In this document: positions 30,162-39,593 of the stretch, piece after piece
Position numbering within the stretch: the stretch's first letter is position 1
Layout: every line of letters begins with the position of its first letter
NCBI GenBank assembly: GCA_039815185.1
Contig: JBCBZT010000038.1
Location: 15,327-79,326 of the forward strand
Direction: 5' to 3'
DNA: 64,000 nt
DNA from: Cyanobacteria bacterium P01_A01_bin.123
GTDB lineage: Bacteria > Cyanobacteriota > Cyanobacteriia > Phormidesmidales > Phormidesmidaceae
Notes under the pieces: generated by a model
Seen by the model: the letters and a program-made list of their open reading frames with translations, nothing else
The model's database searches: none
Told to the model about the DNA's origin: nothing
Position numbers and translations under genes: made by a program

Positions 30162-30911
30162 ATCACTTGCAACCGCGACTTCTGAACTACCAAGAAAACG
30201 AGTTGCAAGTTTGGTTTCCTCAACTCGACCATTAACTAACTCAACCCGGTAAGCAGATGCTCCTTCTCGTGAAGCGACTACCTCCACTAATTCCTTACCG
30301 CGAAAATGAAGTGCTGCTCCATCATCTGCTGCATAGCCTCCAATCAAGCCATTTGAAATAGCCTTGTGAAACGCAGTAGGGCGCTCAGGTTCACCGTCAT
30401 AGTGAGGACAAGCACTTGCCTCAATAAAACCGAGACCATCACCAAGAGAAGCAAGCTTACCAAAAGAATCCGTTAACCCATCCCGGAACCAGCAAATCAT
30501 CCCAGCACTGATACCACACAGAATTTTGCCTCCGCACCATGCTTCATAAAGCACGTTATCTAATCCATGTACCCGCCACATTGCAAGCAAGTTAGCTGTA
30601 TTTCCCCCACCAACATATAAGATGTCCTGGTCAGCTACGAAGCTGGCGATCTCCGATGTGTGTGAGGGTTGTCTTGGCACTGCCGAAGGATCAAAAATTG
30701 TTAAGTCAGTGGCGATCGCCCGGCCACTAAAAGCGCGATAGAACTTCACGAGGTATGATACAGAGTCCGCACTTGCCGTCGGAATAAAGCAAACTTTCGC
30801 TGGAGTCCGTGACGCCAAAGACAGAACAAAGTCGTCCAGCAGAAGATTGTCGGGTTCCATTGAGAACCCTCCTCCGCCCATCGCAACAATTTGACCCTTT
30901 ACCTCTGACAT
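30156..30911 (-). CDS. Peptidase E (S51) family protein (gene cassette)
   Basis: FIPTASAD, YVGGGNT, GISAG nucleophile, CPHYD. Confidence 0.88.
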   Translation of the reverse strand: MSEVKGQIVAMGGGGFSMEPDNLLLDDFVLSLASRTPAKVCFIPTASADSVSYLVKFYRAFSGRAIATDLTIFDPSAVPRQPSHTSEIASFVADQDILYVGGGNTANLLAMWRVHGLDNVLYEAWCGGKILCGISAGMICWFRDGLTDSFGKLASLGDGLGFIEASACPHYDGEPERPTAFHKAISNGLIGGYAADDGAALHFRGKELVEVVASREGASAYRVELVNGRVEETKLATRFLGSSEVAVASDA

Positions 30912-30939
30912 TTATGAGCTCGATTTCCTAATTTGTGAC

Positions 30940-31086
30940 GCCTAAATACTCATTAGAGAGAACCATTCCACATAACCTCCTATTGCAGAACAGCATCAGC
31001 TTATACACCCCAAACGGGTATATAGGTGGAAGTTCGTCAGCCTAATCACCCTATACCGACGATTAGGCAGAACAATTCAGTATAAC
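30940..31086 (-). other. attI-like array of imperfect dyads
   Basis: Four ~25-bp TTAT/TTAG..GAA..TTC..CTAAT-type dyads, ending at the TTAGGC that begins the first cassette. Confidence 0.4.
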
Positions 31087-31262
31087 CAACCCTAAGAGAA
31101 AAGCTTCCGCCGTGCGATCGCGTCTTTCCTGGCGTAATGAGCTAAAGAAAGTCAGATTGAAAGCCTCAGATCTTGCACCTCATCCATGACTTGAGTTCAG
31201 TCCGCCACTGCATCGTGTTAGGCGACCATTGCAATCAACAATAGCGCTCTGTAGTCGCAATA

Positions 31263-31352
31263 TTATCTATCAGCCTTCAACACTTGTTCAGCCGTCAGCT
31301 TCAGACCGGGAAAAGTGGCAGAAACGATAGTCTGATTGCCTCGGAGTAGAAG
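31263..31352 (-). pseudogene. Uma2 family C-terminal remnant
   Basis: LLRGNQTIVSATFPGLKLTAEQVLKADR* resembles Uma2 C-termini. Confidence 0.6.
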
Positions 31353-31356
31353 ACTG

Positions 31357-31842
31357 CTACAGCAGTTTTCTCATGGTGAACGAATCACCCTGTTGCTCGA
31401 TGATCTCAAACCCAAAGCGTTGATATAACCGCAGGGCCGGGTTATCTTGCGAAACGCTTAGGGAAACTGCATCGTACATGCTGTCAGCTCGTTCAAATAA
31501 ATCTGTTAATAGCCTTGTGCCGATACCTTGCCCCCGAAATTCAGGGAGCACCGCAATGGATAACTCAGGAGTATCGTCATCGATGTAGCCATATCCCGGA
31601 TTGTCGCGAGTGAACAGCCGTAACCAGGCTGCCCCCATAGCAATGGCCTGGGGAGCAGAAACCGCAATGCAACCCACGTCTCCCTGCTGTCCCCAATGTT
31701 CGACGTATTTGGCTAGCTCTGGCTGAAAGACGATGTCTCTGGGTAACGGGGGTGTTCCTGGTGGCACATACAGCGCTTGGTACAGCATCTCCCACAGGAA
31801 CGGTTCATCGGTGGGTTCAGCGAGACGAATGGTCGGGGTCAT
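31357..31842 (-). CDS. GNAT family N-acetyltransferase
   Basis: VLPEFRGQGIGT, NPALRLYQRFGF. Confidence 0.9.
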   Translation of the reverse strand: MTPTIRLAEPTDEPFLWEMLYQALYVPPGTPPLPRDIVFQPELAKYVEHWGQQGDVGCIAVSAPQAIAMGAAWLRLFTRDNPGYGYIDDDTPELSIAVLPEFRGQGIGTRLLTDLFERADSMYDAVSLSVSQDNPALRLYQRFGFEIIEQQGDSFTMRKLL

Positions 31843-32498
31843 CTAAAATCCAGTCCACCAGTTCTTGCACACCTGCCCCTCGGGATTGGGTGGTGACTTT
31901 GTCGGCGATCGCTTTGAGTTCTGGCAATGCATTATTGACCGCCACGGCTAAGCCACAGCTTTTGAGCAGGTCGAGATCGTTTTCAGCATCGCCAATACCC
32001 GCGACTTCACGGGCTTCTAGGCCCAGTTCTGCCAGGGCAACCTGTAGTCCCGTAGCTTTGCTGACCCCCCGTGGGCAACACCATTACTGATCGCTTGTTC
32101 AAAATCACCCGAGCATCTAGACCCATGGCTTCGAGGGTTTGCTGTACGGCTTCGCCATGGGGTTGCCAGGTGGAGACAATCACCTGACCTCGGTTCAAGG
32201 GACTAACCTGCTGTTCTTCAAGGGCTGAGAAAAACGCATCCGGTAGCGGTGTCCCCAACCGTTGAATTTGATCGATTTCCGGTCGAAAAAAGACTGCACC
32301 ATTTTCAACCACCACGCCATCAAACAGGGCTACAGCTGGAAAGGCCCGCTGTAAGTCGGTTAATTCCCGACCTGTGACCATCAGTAAACGCCCTCCAGCG
32401 TCGCGGTAGCGGTGGAGGGCGGCCAGAGTTATCTCATCGACGACACCATCGGTAGCCAAGGTGCCATCATAGTCGGTCGCGATCGCACGATATCGCAT
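31817..32498 (-). pseudogene. HAD-IIB (Cof-like) hydrolase with a +1 frameshift
   Basis: DYDGTL and TGR in the first frame; SKATGL...GIGDAEND continues in another frame after a 6-G run at 32065-32070. Confidence 0.8.
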
Positions 32499-32510
32499 CG
32501 CTCAGTTGAC

Positions 32511-33503
32511 TTATTCCGCAAACACAACGTTTAAATTATCCGCATTGGCTTGCATCACCGTCAAAAAGTCTCCCGATTCAGGCACGTTCCCGGCTGGGTC
32601 AAACACCACACTCTCAATGCCGAGTTCCTGCAAGCGGGCCACGCTTTCAGGGATGGGCTCCCCTTCCCAAATCATCCACTCGGCGGGGTGATCGGCTAGC
32701 ATCGCTTCCAGTTCGGCCCACTGGGCATCATCGGGGAAGGTTTCGGGTTCCCAAAGGACGCTTTCCAGATTCAGCCCATAGCGTTCGGCAAAGTAGTCGT
32801 ACACCGGATGGGAGGCCAACAGGGGCTGATCGGACTGGGCTGAGGTTTCAACCAGGGCGGCAATTTGTTCGTCGATCGCCGTTAGCTCTTGTTCCAGGGC
32901 TGCAAAGTTGGCTGCGAATTCTTCGGTTTGATCGGGGAACTCGGCACTCAGGCGATCGCGGATGGCAGCAGCCTGCTGAATTGCCAACGTGGGGTCAACC
33001 CAGGTGGTAAAGGCAGTCCCCTCATGGGCATGTTCGCCTTCGGGGCCATGTTGATGGGTGACGGCGGTTTCGATGCTCAGCCAGCGATCGCTAAAGGGAG
33101 CAGCAGTATCCACGGTTTTGGCTTGGGGTAGGCTAGTCGTCTCCAGCCATTTTTCGTAGGTAGCCCCGTTGAGAATAATCAAATCAGCCTCTTGGAGCTG
33201 GGCCAACTCATCCGCCGTGGGCTCCCAAAATGCCGGATCGATGTCCCCTGGCAGCGGTAATTCAACCCGGACGCGATCGCCGCCAATGCGCTCGACAAAA
33301 TACTGTAGTGGGTAGTTGGTGACATAAACCAGGGCTTGGTTCTCCTCAGCCCCATCGACAGCGCTGATTTCTTCATTGGGCTGGCTGCTATCCGCACTGT
33401 CTTGGACTTCAGCTGACGAACAGCTCGCTAGCAGTAGAGTTACTGTGGCCAATGTGGCCAGCGTCGCTTGAGAGAAGGGGCGTAAATTGAATTGGCAAAT
33501 CAT
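32511..33503 (-). CDS. Metal (Zn/Mn, cluster A-I) ABC substrate-binding lipoprotein
   Basis: Lipobox LASC, LNGATYE, His loop HQHGPEGEHAHEG, HPVYDYFAERYGL. Confidence 0.85.
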   Translation of the reverse strand: MICQFNLRPFSQATLATLATVTLLLASCSSAEVQDSADSSQPNEEISAVDGAEENQALVYVTNYPLQYFVERIGGDRVRVELPLPGDIDPAFWEPTADELAQLQEADLIILNGATYEKWLETTSLPQAKTVDTAAPFSDRWLSIETAVTHQHGPEGEHAHEGTAFTTWVDPTLAIQQAAAIRDRLSAEFPDQTEEFAANFAALEQELTAIDEQIAALVETSAQSDQPLLASHPVYDYFAERYGLNLESVLWEPETFPDDAQWAELEAMLADHPAEWMIWEGEPIPESVARLQELGIESVVFDPAGNVPESGDFLTVMQANADNLNVVFAE

Positions 33504-33913
33504 TTTTCAAGTCCTCCGTGAGGTGGGATTGACTTAGGGGTTAGGGTTACGACAAAGCAAAACACTAGCTAGCCTTGCTGCAACCCATGAAAGTCCAAAA
33601 TTCTGACTCTCTCATAGAAGTACGGCAGTCATGAAAGATTGGATTTAAAGGATAATGCTTTAGATCTGGAAATTTGCATGAAACGCTGAAAAGTCTTCTC
33701 AAAAGCTTGCGGTTTTGGGACTTTCGGCTTATGTACAAGCCAAGCTTTATTCGATATGCTGACAACCCGAACTGACAGCTCGTTGAGTAAAAAAATATTT
33801 CTTCTGGGTAGTTGAGCATACATCAGCTTGAAACATCGTTGAGATGAGGACAAGGCGTTGCAATGGCAATTATTTTTGAACTATCTGCTGAATGTTTTAA
33901 GCAGGCGATCGCG

Positions 33914-34300
33914 CTAGGTCATTTCATGAACAGATTCGCTGAAGTACCATACGACAGCTAATGTCCAAACGAGTTCTAGCAGCAAGATCCAGGTGATGCG
34001 GGAACGAAAAGGGGGCGGAAAGCGTTGCACTTGTGATCGGGGGAGCCAAGTGGTTAGGACATAGCCAAGCGGCAATCCCCAAGGTAGAAACGAACCGAGA
34101 TAAAGCACCAGCGCCCAAGTTCCAGAGCCCAAACCGGACGTGTCAGCAATCACTTCGCGCTGGAATAAGCCATTGAGGACAAACTGCCAGCCTTCATAGG
34201 CGATCGCACCGGGAATGCCCAGCGAAAAAAAGTGCAGCCCCAACATTCCCAGGGCGGCCACCATCCAATAGAGCAATATAAGCCAGCGAAATCCCATCAT
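33914..34300 (-). CDS. Hypothetical membrane protein
   Basis: 128-aa ORF with about 3 hydrophobic segments. Confidence 0.5.
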   Translation of the reverse strand: MMGFRWLILLYWMVAALGMLGLHFFSLGIPGAIAYEGWQFVLNGLFQREVIADTSGLGSGTWALVLYLGSFLPWGLPLGYVLTTWLPRSQVQRFPPPFRSRITWILLLELVWTLAVVWYFSESVHEMT

Positions 34301-34540
34301 AAGAAGACACCACGAAGAGACTGAGGAAGAAACGTTGAACCTGTTGGGTCAACTCTCCTGTCACTATTACGAGGCTGTCCTACCTATACATCTATAGTAG
34401 AGGGTTGACGTGGAATGATGCTCTCTAAGCATTACGACTCAGTAGTTGTGTCGCAAACCAAGAATTCTTTCAAGTGAGCAATTTCTGTCAAGCGTCACGG
34501 AGACTCAAGGCGTAGTCTATTGACAGGCGAGGAGGATACT

Positions 34541-34753
34541 TGGTTGAGCATATCTACTGCTGAAAACTATCAAGCTAGATTTTATGACGTGCTTGAGTAT
34601 ATCGATAGGCATCTGGATAACGACCTAAGTGTCGAACATCTCAGCCGCATTGCAGCATTCTCGAAATATCATTTTAACAGGCAATTCTCTGGATTTTTTG
34701 AGATCAGTGTCTATAAATGCTTTTGGCGTTGTAGAAAGAATCTTTGGCGCTAA
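34541..34753 (+). pseudogene. AraC family regulator N-terminal fragment
   Basis: VLEYIDRHL..LSVEHLSRIAAFSKYHFNRQF, then truncated. Confidence 0.7.
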
Positions 34754-34859
34754 TTTTCCTTAAACCCTTTTAGAGTGGGTATCTCGGCAAGAAGTATGGC
34801 AACTGCCATAGAATGCGAGCATTTCTGACAGTCTAAATCCTATATTAGGAGGAAATACA

Positions 34860-36629
34860 ATGGTTTATGGACAGATCACGCCAACAGCCCTTAACACAGC
34901 AACGAACGACAATAATATTGACGGCTTGCTTTGGTATAAACGCTGGGCCTCGAACAGAATAACGTTCAGCTTCACGGATGACTTTAAGAATGACTATGAA
35001 GACGAATTAGGCTATCTCTTTAGCACCACACATGAAGCCACGTTTGAAATGTTTAATGCGACTCAGCAGGCTGTCGCCCGAGCGTGGATGGAGATGTATG
35101 AAAATGTCGCGAATCTTGATTTAGTTGAACTAACAAGTGCTAACGATCGCAATGCCACTATCCGAATGGGCAGGTCACAAGCCGTTCTTAACGGAGCCTT
35201 CACTCAAGTACCTCCCGGTAACGAAGGCATAGACAATATAGGGGATGGCGATATTTGGTTTGGCGTCACATTTGACAATCCACTTCTGGGGACTGGTGAC
35301 TATTTGCTATACGGTCATGAAATTGGTCATGCTTTGGGCCTAAGTCATGGGCATGAACCCTTTGGGGTCCGAGAAGTCGCGATGAATTCTAATCGCGACT
35401 CAATGGAATTCTCAATCATGACCTATCGTTCTTATATTGGTGGGCCTACTCGCGGTACTAATGAGTCTGGGGGATTTGCACAGTCTCTCATGATGTATGA
35501 CATTGCGGCGATTCAACACATGTATGGTGCGAACTTTAACTACAACGCTGGCAATACAACTTACACGTTTTCTCCGACGACTGGAGAGATGTCAATCAAT
35601 GGCGTTGGTCAAGGGAGACCATTAGTACGCAATAATATTTTTCGTACCATTTGGGACGGCAATGGTTTAGATACCTACGACTTCTCAAACTACACAACTA
35701 AGCTCAGAATAAATCTTGCTCCCGGAGGTTGGAGTGATTTGGATGTGGGCGGCAATTCACAACGGGCTCGCCTTAATGCAAATGGCAATGAATATGCTCG
35801 GGGACATATTTTCAATGCCTTGCAGTATGACGGTGACACCCGTTCGCTCATTGAGAGAGCCAAAGGTGGATCTAACAACGACCAAATTTTGGGCAATGAT
35901 GCCAGAAACTATCTATACGGCAATAGCGGTAATGATGGGTTATACGGCTATGGTGGCATCGATAACTTGTATGGACACGCTGGTAACGATTCCCTTTATG
36001 GCCATGACGATAATGATTTCCTCTATGGCTGGACTGGCAATGACAAATTATACGGTGGTGCAGGAATAGATAGTCTGTACGGTCACTGGGAAGACGACCA
36101 TCTGGATGGGGGTTCTGGCAATGATCGTCTTTGGGGTGGATCTGATAACGACACTTTGATAGGTGGTGCTGATAGCGACGAACTCAGCGGTTCCGCTGGC
36201 AGGGATATTTTGATTGGAGTCAACCCCTATGCTCAAACGGGGTCTTCAGAAATTGATGAGCTTATTGGGGGTTCTGGTCGCGATCGCTTTGTTCTAGGTG
36301 TTGGCGCCCCTGGCAGCGCAACTTGGATTGGAGGAGCTTCTCCTCGTGTTTTCTATGACGACAACGTTAATGTAAGTGTCGGGCGATCAAGCTATGCGCA
36401 TATTAAAGATTTTACGATTGGCGAAGATGACATTCAGTTGCGAGGTTCTAGGAATGATTACCGACTCAGTGATTATCAAGTCAATGGTCGTTTAGGCACA
36501 GGTATTTTTTATAACAGAGGACAAATTACTTCGGAACTTATTGGCTTTGTGGAGGGAGTCACGCAGGGTACGTCACCTGATCAGCTCAATCTCTCTTCTC
36601 CGCTTGGATCTCAATTCACTTGGGTATAG
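34860..36629 (+). CDS. Serralysin-like M10 metalloprotease with RTX Ca-binding repeats
   Basis: HEIGHALGLSH, Met-turn SIMTY, YDIAAIQHMYG, GGxGxD nonapeptides. Confidence 0.92.
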   Translation: MVYGQITPTALNTATNDNNIDGLLWYKRWASNRITFSFTDDFKNDYEDELGYLFSTTHEATFEMFNATQQAVARAWMEMYENVANLDLVELTSANDRNATIRMGRSQAVLNGAFTQVPPGNEGIDNIGDGDIWFGVTFDNPLLGTGDYLLYGHEIGHALGLSHGHEPFGVREVAMNSNRDSMEFSIMTYRSYIGGPTRGTNESGGFAQSLMMYDIAAIQHMYGANFNYNAGNTTYTFSPTTGEMSINGVGQGRPLVRNNIFRTIWDGNGLDTYDFSNYTTKLRINLAPGGWSDLDVGGNSQRARLNANGNEYARGHIFNALQYDGDTRSLIERAKGGSNNDQILGNDARNYLYGNSGNDGLYGYGGIDNLYGHAGNDSLYGHDDNDFLYGWTGNDKLYGGAGIDSLYGHWEDDHLDGGSGNDRLWGGSDNDTLIGGADSDELSGSAGRDILIGVNPYAQTGSSEIDELIGGSGRDRFVLGVGAPGSATWIGGASPRVFYDDNVNVSVGRSSYAHIKDFTIGEDDIQLRGSRNDYRLSDYQVNGRLGTGIFYNRGQITSELIGFVEGVTQGTSPDQLNLSSPLGSQFTWV

Positions 36630-36699
36630 GATCCAATGCAATGAGTAAAGTGAAAAGCTTGAAACGACTTAATTCTATGAAAATGCCAAGATTCAACTG

Positions 36700-37134
36700 A
36701 TGTACATGCAACTTGGAGCTGTCAATCATATTGCAATCTGTGTATCCGACTTGGCACGCTCAATGAGTTTTTACCGGCCAATCCTGAAATTTCTAGGCTA
36801 TGAGAATACTGAAAGCTTTCCGGGGGTTGAAATATGGGAATCCCATGCAACTGGCACTGCCATAAACCTATGGCAGGCAAAGGAAGAACATCGTGAATCG
36901 AGGCATTATGACTACGCACCGGGACTACATCATCTCGCGTTTCATGCAGCGGCGCGCAAAGAAGTTGACGACTTCTACCGATTGCTCAGCGAAATTGGCG
37001 CTGAGATTGTAAATGAACCCGCAGAGTATGATTATGCGCCTGGATATTATGCGGTGTTCTTTCGAGATCCTGATGCAATCAGAATTGAGCTTGCACATAT
37101 TCCAGCACTGTCAAATGCCCCAGTTGCTGGCTAA
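36700..37134 (+). CDS. VOC/glyoxalase family protein
   Basis: NHIAICVSDL, GLHHLAF, FFRDPD..RIEL. Confidence 0.88.
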   Translation: MYMQLGAVNHIAICVSDLARSMSFYRPILKFLGYENTESFPGVEIWESHATGTAINLWQAKEEHRESRHYDYAPGLHHLAFHAAARKEVDDFYRLLSEIGAEIVNEPAEYDYAPGYYAVFFRDPDAIRIELAHIPALSNAPVAG

Positions 37135-37140
37135 CACTTT

Positions 37141-37971
37141 CTACTTTACAGCAACCCAAATCTCGTAGCCGCCGAGGCCCGTCTCGGGATCAAAGCCTGA
37201 TCCGTACTTCTCCAACGTCGGACCTTGTGCCGCTTCAAGCCCAGATTCCGGCAATCCCGCACTCCAAATGGCGGCGATCACCGCACGGATTTCCGCGATG
37301 TGGCCTCCGTGAGCGAAGACTGCGTACTTCTGGCTTGGCAGATTCATGTAAAGCAGACCAAATGGAACGATACCTTTTTCGGAGGTCTCGACACCCGTCA
37401 GGTAATCAAACTTGCTGTCCTCATCGAAATTGAAACAGATGCCATAGGCATCCTGACCTACTTGGCCAGAGATGTCGCCCAAGTACTGCTGAAATCTCTG
37501 CCATTGATCAGGAATGCCAGCCGGTGACTTGCAATCGTATCGATCGAGGATTCCGATCATTCGCTTCTGCGAGAGAGATTCAATGCGGGGTTTCTGCAGT
37601 TTGGGAGTCGGGGTTGTTGTCATGGCAAACGCCTTCGTTAATGTCAGGTTATTGACGTGCCCTTGGCTACGAACGTATCCAGGAGTTAATTGAAACTCCT
37701 GCTTAAATGCACGGGAAAATGCCTCGTGCGAACCATAGCCATGGTCAAGTGCAAGGGACAAAATATCGGCTACTCCGAATGCCAGCTGTTTTGCTGCTTC
37801 GGAAAGCCGGCGCTGACGCACATATCGCATCAACGATATTCCAAATATCGTCGAGAATGCGCGTGTCAAATAGTACGGGGATACGTCGCTCGCGATGGCA
37901 ACTTGCTCAAGCGTAATCGGCATGCGAGAGTGACTTTCGACATACCACAACGCCTTTTGAACTGGATTCAT
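37141..37971 (-). CDS. AraC family regulator with GyrI-like effector domain
   Basis: N-terminal double HTH (GYGSHEAFSRAFK), C-terminal YAVFAH...EIWVAV. Confidence 0.9.
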   Translation of the reverse strand: MNPVQKALWYVESHSRMPITLEQVAIASDVSPYYLTRAFSTIFGISLMRYVRQRRLSEAAKQLAFGVADILSLALDHGYGSHEAFSRAFKQEFQLTPGYVRSQGHVNNLTLTKAFAMTTTPTPKLQKPRIESLSQKRMIGILDRYDCKSPAGIPDQWQRFQQYLGDISGQVGQDAYGICFNFDEDSKFDYLTGVETSEKGIVPFGLLYMNLPSQKYAVFAHGGHIAEIRAVIAAIWSAGLPESGLEAAQGPTLEKYGSGFDPETGLGGYEIWVAVK

Positions 37972-38099
37972 CTAATCTCCCTTGCCACTCACCAGACTGA
38001 ATTCTACGAAAGGCAATTGATGTCGCTTGATAATTCTTGCGGTCTCAAACAATTTCCCACCCAACTCGTGCAAGAAGCTGACGAATAATCGCATGTACC

Positions 38100-38245
38100 G
38101 GAGCCGCCGCGAATTCATCTGACAACGCAGCGCGAGTCAGTATTTCAACACCGATGCGGATATCGCCTCCCGCCACACCAAAGGCCTGTTTCACCATTTT
38201 GCTACCGAGCATCGATCCGGGATTAACCGCGATGATGGGTAAGCC
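38100..38245 (-). pseudogene. Short-chain dehydrogenase C-terminal fragment
   Basis: IIAVNPGSMLGSKMVKQAFG...AALSDEFA. Confidence 0.55.
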
Positions 38246-38267
38246 TTTCGCATATCGCGTGGTTGAA

Positions 38268-38448
38268 GTTGGGTTTCGTTCCTCAACCACAACCTACATA
38301 CTGTGCTGCCAGGGATGTAGGCACGACGGTAATTGGGCATACAGGTGAAAGGTGTGGTCTGTTTAGAGTGCCCGGTGAAAGCGTCAGGAGCTATATGGGG
38401 AAGGGTAAAGAGGGAGCGCACCAGTGTTGGTGGCAGTGCCCACCCTAC
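38268..38448 (-). mobile_element. RAYT remnant between two GTAG REP-like elements
   Basis: Minus strand GTAGGGTGGGCACTGCC..., then MPNYRRAYIPGST (ATG 38340), then GTAGGTTGTGGTTGAGGAACGAAACCCAAC. Confidence 0.6.
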
Positions 38449-38489
38449 GCTTGCTTAAATCCATATAAAAGTGAGGTTTAATAGATAGG

Positions 38490-39212
38490 ATGCCGCCAGA
38501 AGACTTAGGGTATGAAAAGATGTATCAGGCAACCATAAATGGGGACATCAAAGCACTTAGGCAGATCCTTAAAAAATATCAATGCGCCAATAACAAAGAT
38601 GGACTAGGGAGAACTCCCCTATTCTATGCTGTGCAAAAATCTCAAGATGAAGCAGCATTGCTATTAATCGAAATGGGTTCTGAGATTAACTTTCAAGATA
38701 CTCAAGGCAAAACTCCCCTACATGTGGCTGCCCTGTATGGGCAGGAAAAAATGGTTCAATTGCTTATAGAAAGAGGTGCCAATCTTGAAATAAAAGATCT
38801 CATGTACCTAACTCCTTTGGGAGTGTCAGTTGCTGAAGGTTACGAGAGCATTGCTAGACTGCTGATTAATTCAGGTGCAGATGTAAATGTGAGGTTGGGG
38901 TCTTCTGAGTCCAGCGATACTTTGCTACATATGGCTGTTTCAGCAATGAATAAGAAGAGGAATATAAAGATAGTAGAACTACTATTATCTAGCGATGCTG
39001 ATGTCCATGCTAAATCAGGGATGTTCGGTTACACTCCTCTCTATTACTTAGAAGATTATGCAAATTTTGGACTCTCTTGGCTCCCCTCCTATTGGCGTAA
39101 AGATGAGGAGATTGAGGAACTTCTTAAGCGGTATGGTGCATCTTCTAAGATGTATGACTGGGCTAAACCTATGCATATAGTCAGAGATATCCTCCGCACT
39201 TGCTCCTCATAA
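38490..39212 (+). CDS. Ankyrin repeat protein (low GC)
   Basis: GRTPLFYA, GKTPLHVAA, GADVN repeats. Confidence 0.88.
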   Translation: MPPEDLGYEKMYQATINGDIKALRQILKKYQCANNKDGLGRTPLFYAVQKSQDEAALLLIEMGSEINFQDTQGKTPLHVAALYGQEKMVQLLIERGANLEIKDLMYLTPLGVSVAEGYESIARLLINSGADVNVRLGSSESSDTLLHMAVSAMNKKRNIKIVELLLSSDADVHAKSGMFGYTPLYYLEDYANFGLSWLPSYWRKDEEIEELLKRYGASSKMYDWAKPMHIVRDILRTCSS

Positions 39213-39229
39213 GTTGTAAGCTAGCTGGC

Positions 39230-39593
39230 TGCAACCATCCATCCCGATGAGGGTGAAACCCTAACCCAGCTACTGGATGCGATTGCCCCCGGCACCACCC
39301 CAGCCACCGTCGATTGGAGCGAGATTATCTATTCCGATGCACCGCCTGCTTATCTGAGCGACAACGACCAGATGCAAACGGAATACACCAAGAACGGCAG
39401 AGTCAAGGCCACCATCGACGAACGAGGCAACCGCACCGAGTTCCGCTATGACACCCTGGGACGATTGACTGGGGTGACGGATGCGATGGGCTTCTTGACG
39501 GAGTATCGCTATGACGCTGTGGGTCGTTTGATTGAGGTGGAAGACGCCAATGACAACGTCACTCAGTTAGCAGAATTGATTGCAGCAGCTTAA
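39230..39593 (+). pseudogene. RHS/YD-repeat fragment
   Basis: TEFRYDTLGRLTGVTDAMG, YRYDAVGRL; no start context and abrupt end. Confidence 0.7.

Noticed and set aside
33565..33853. Short overlapping minus-strand ORFs
   Set aside because: No recognisable motif or RBS.
37129..37140. GGCTAAC overlapping the VOC stop as an attC R'' box
   Set aside because: No complementary arm; the convergent gene ends 6 nt later.
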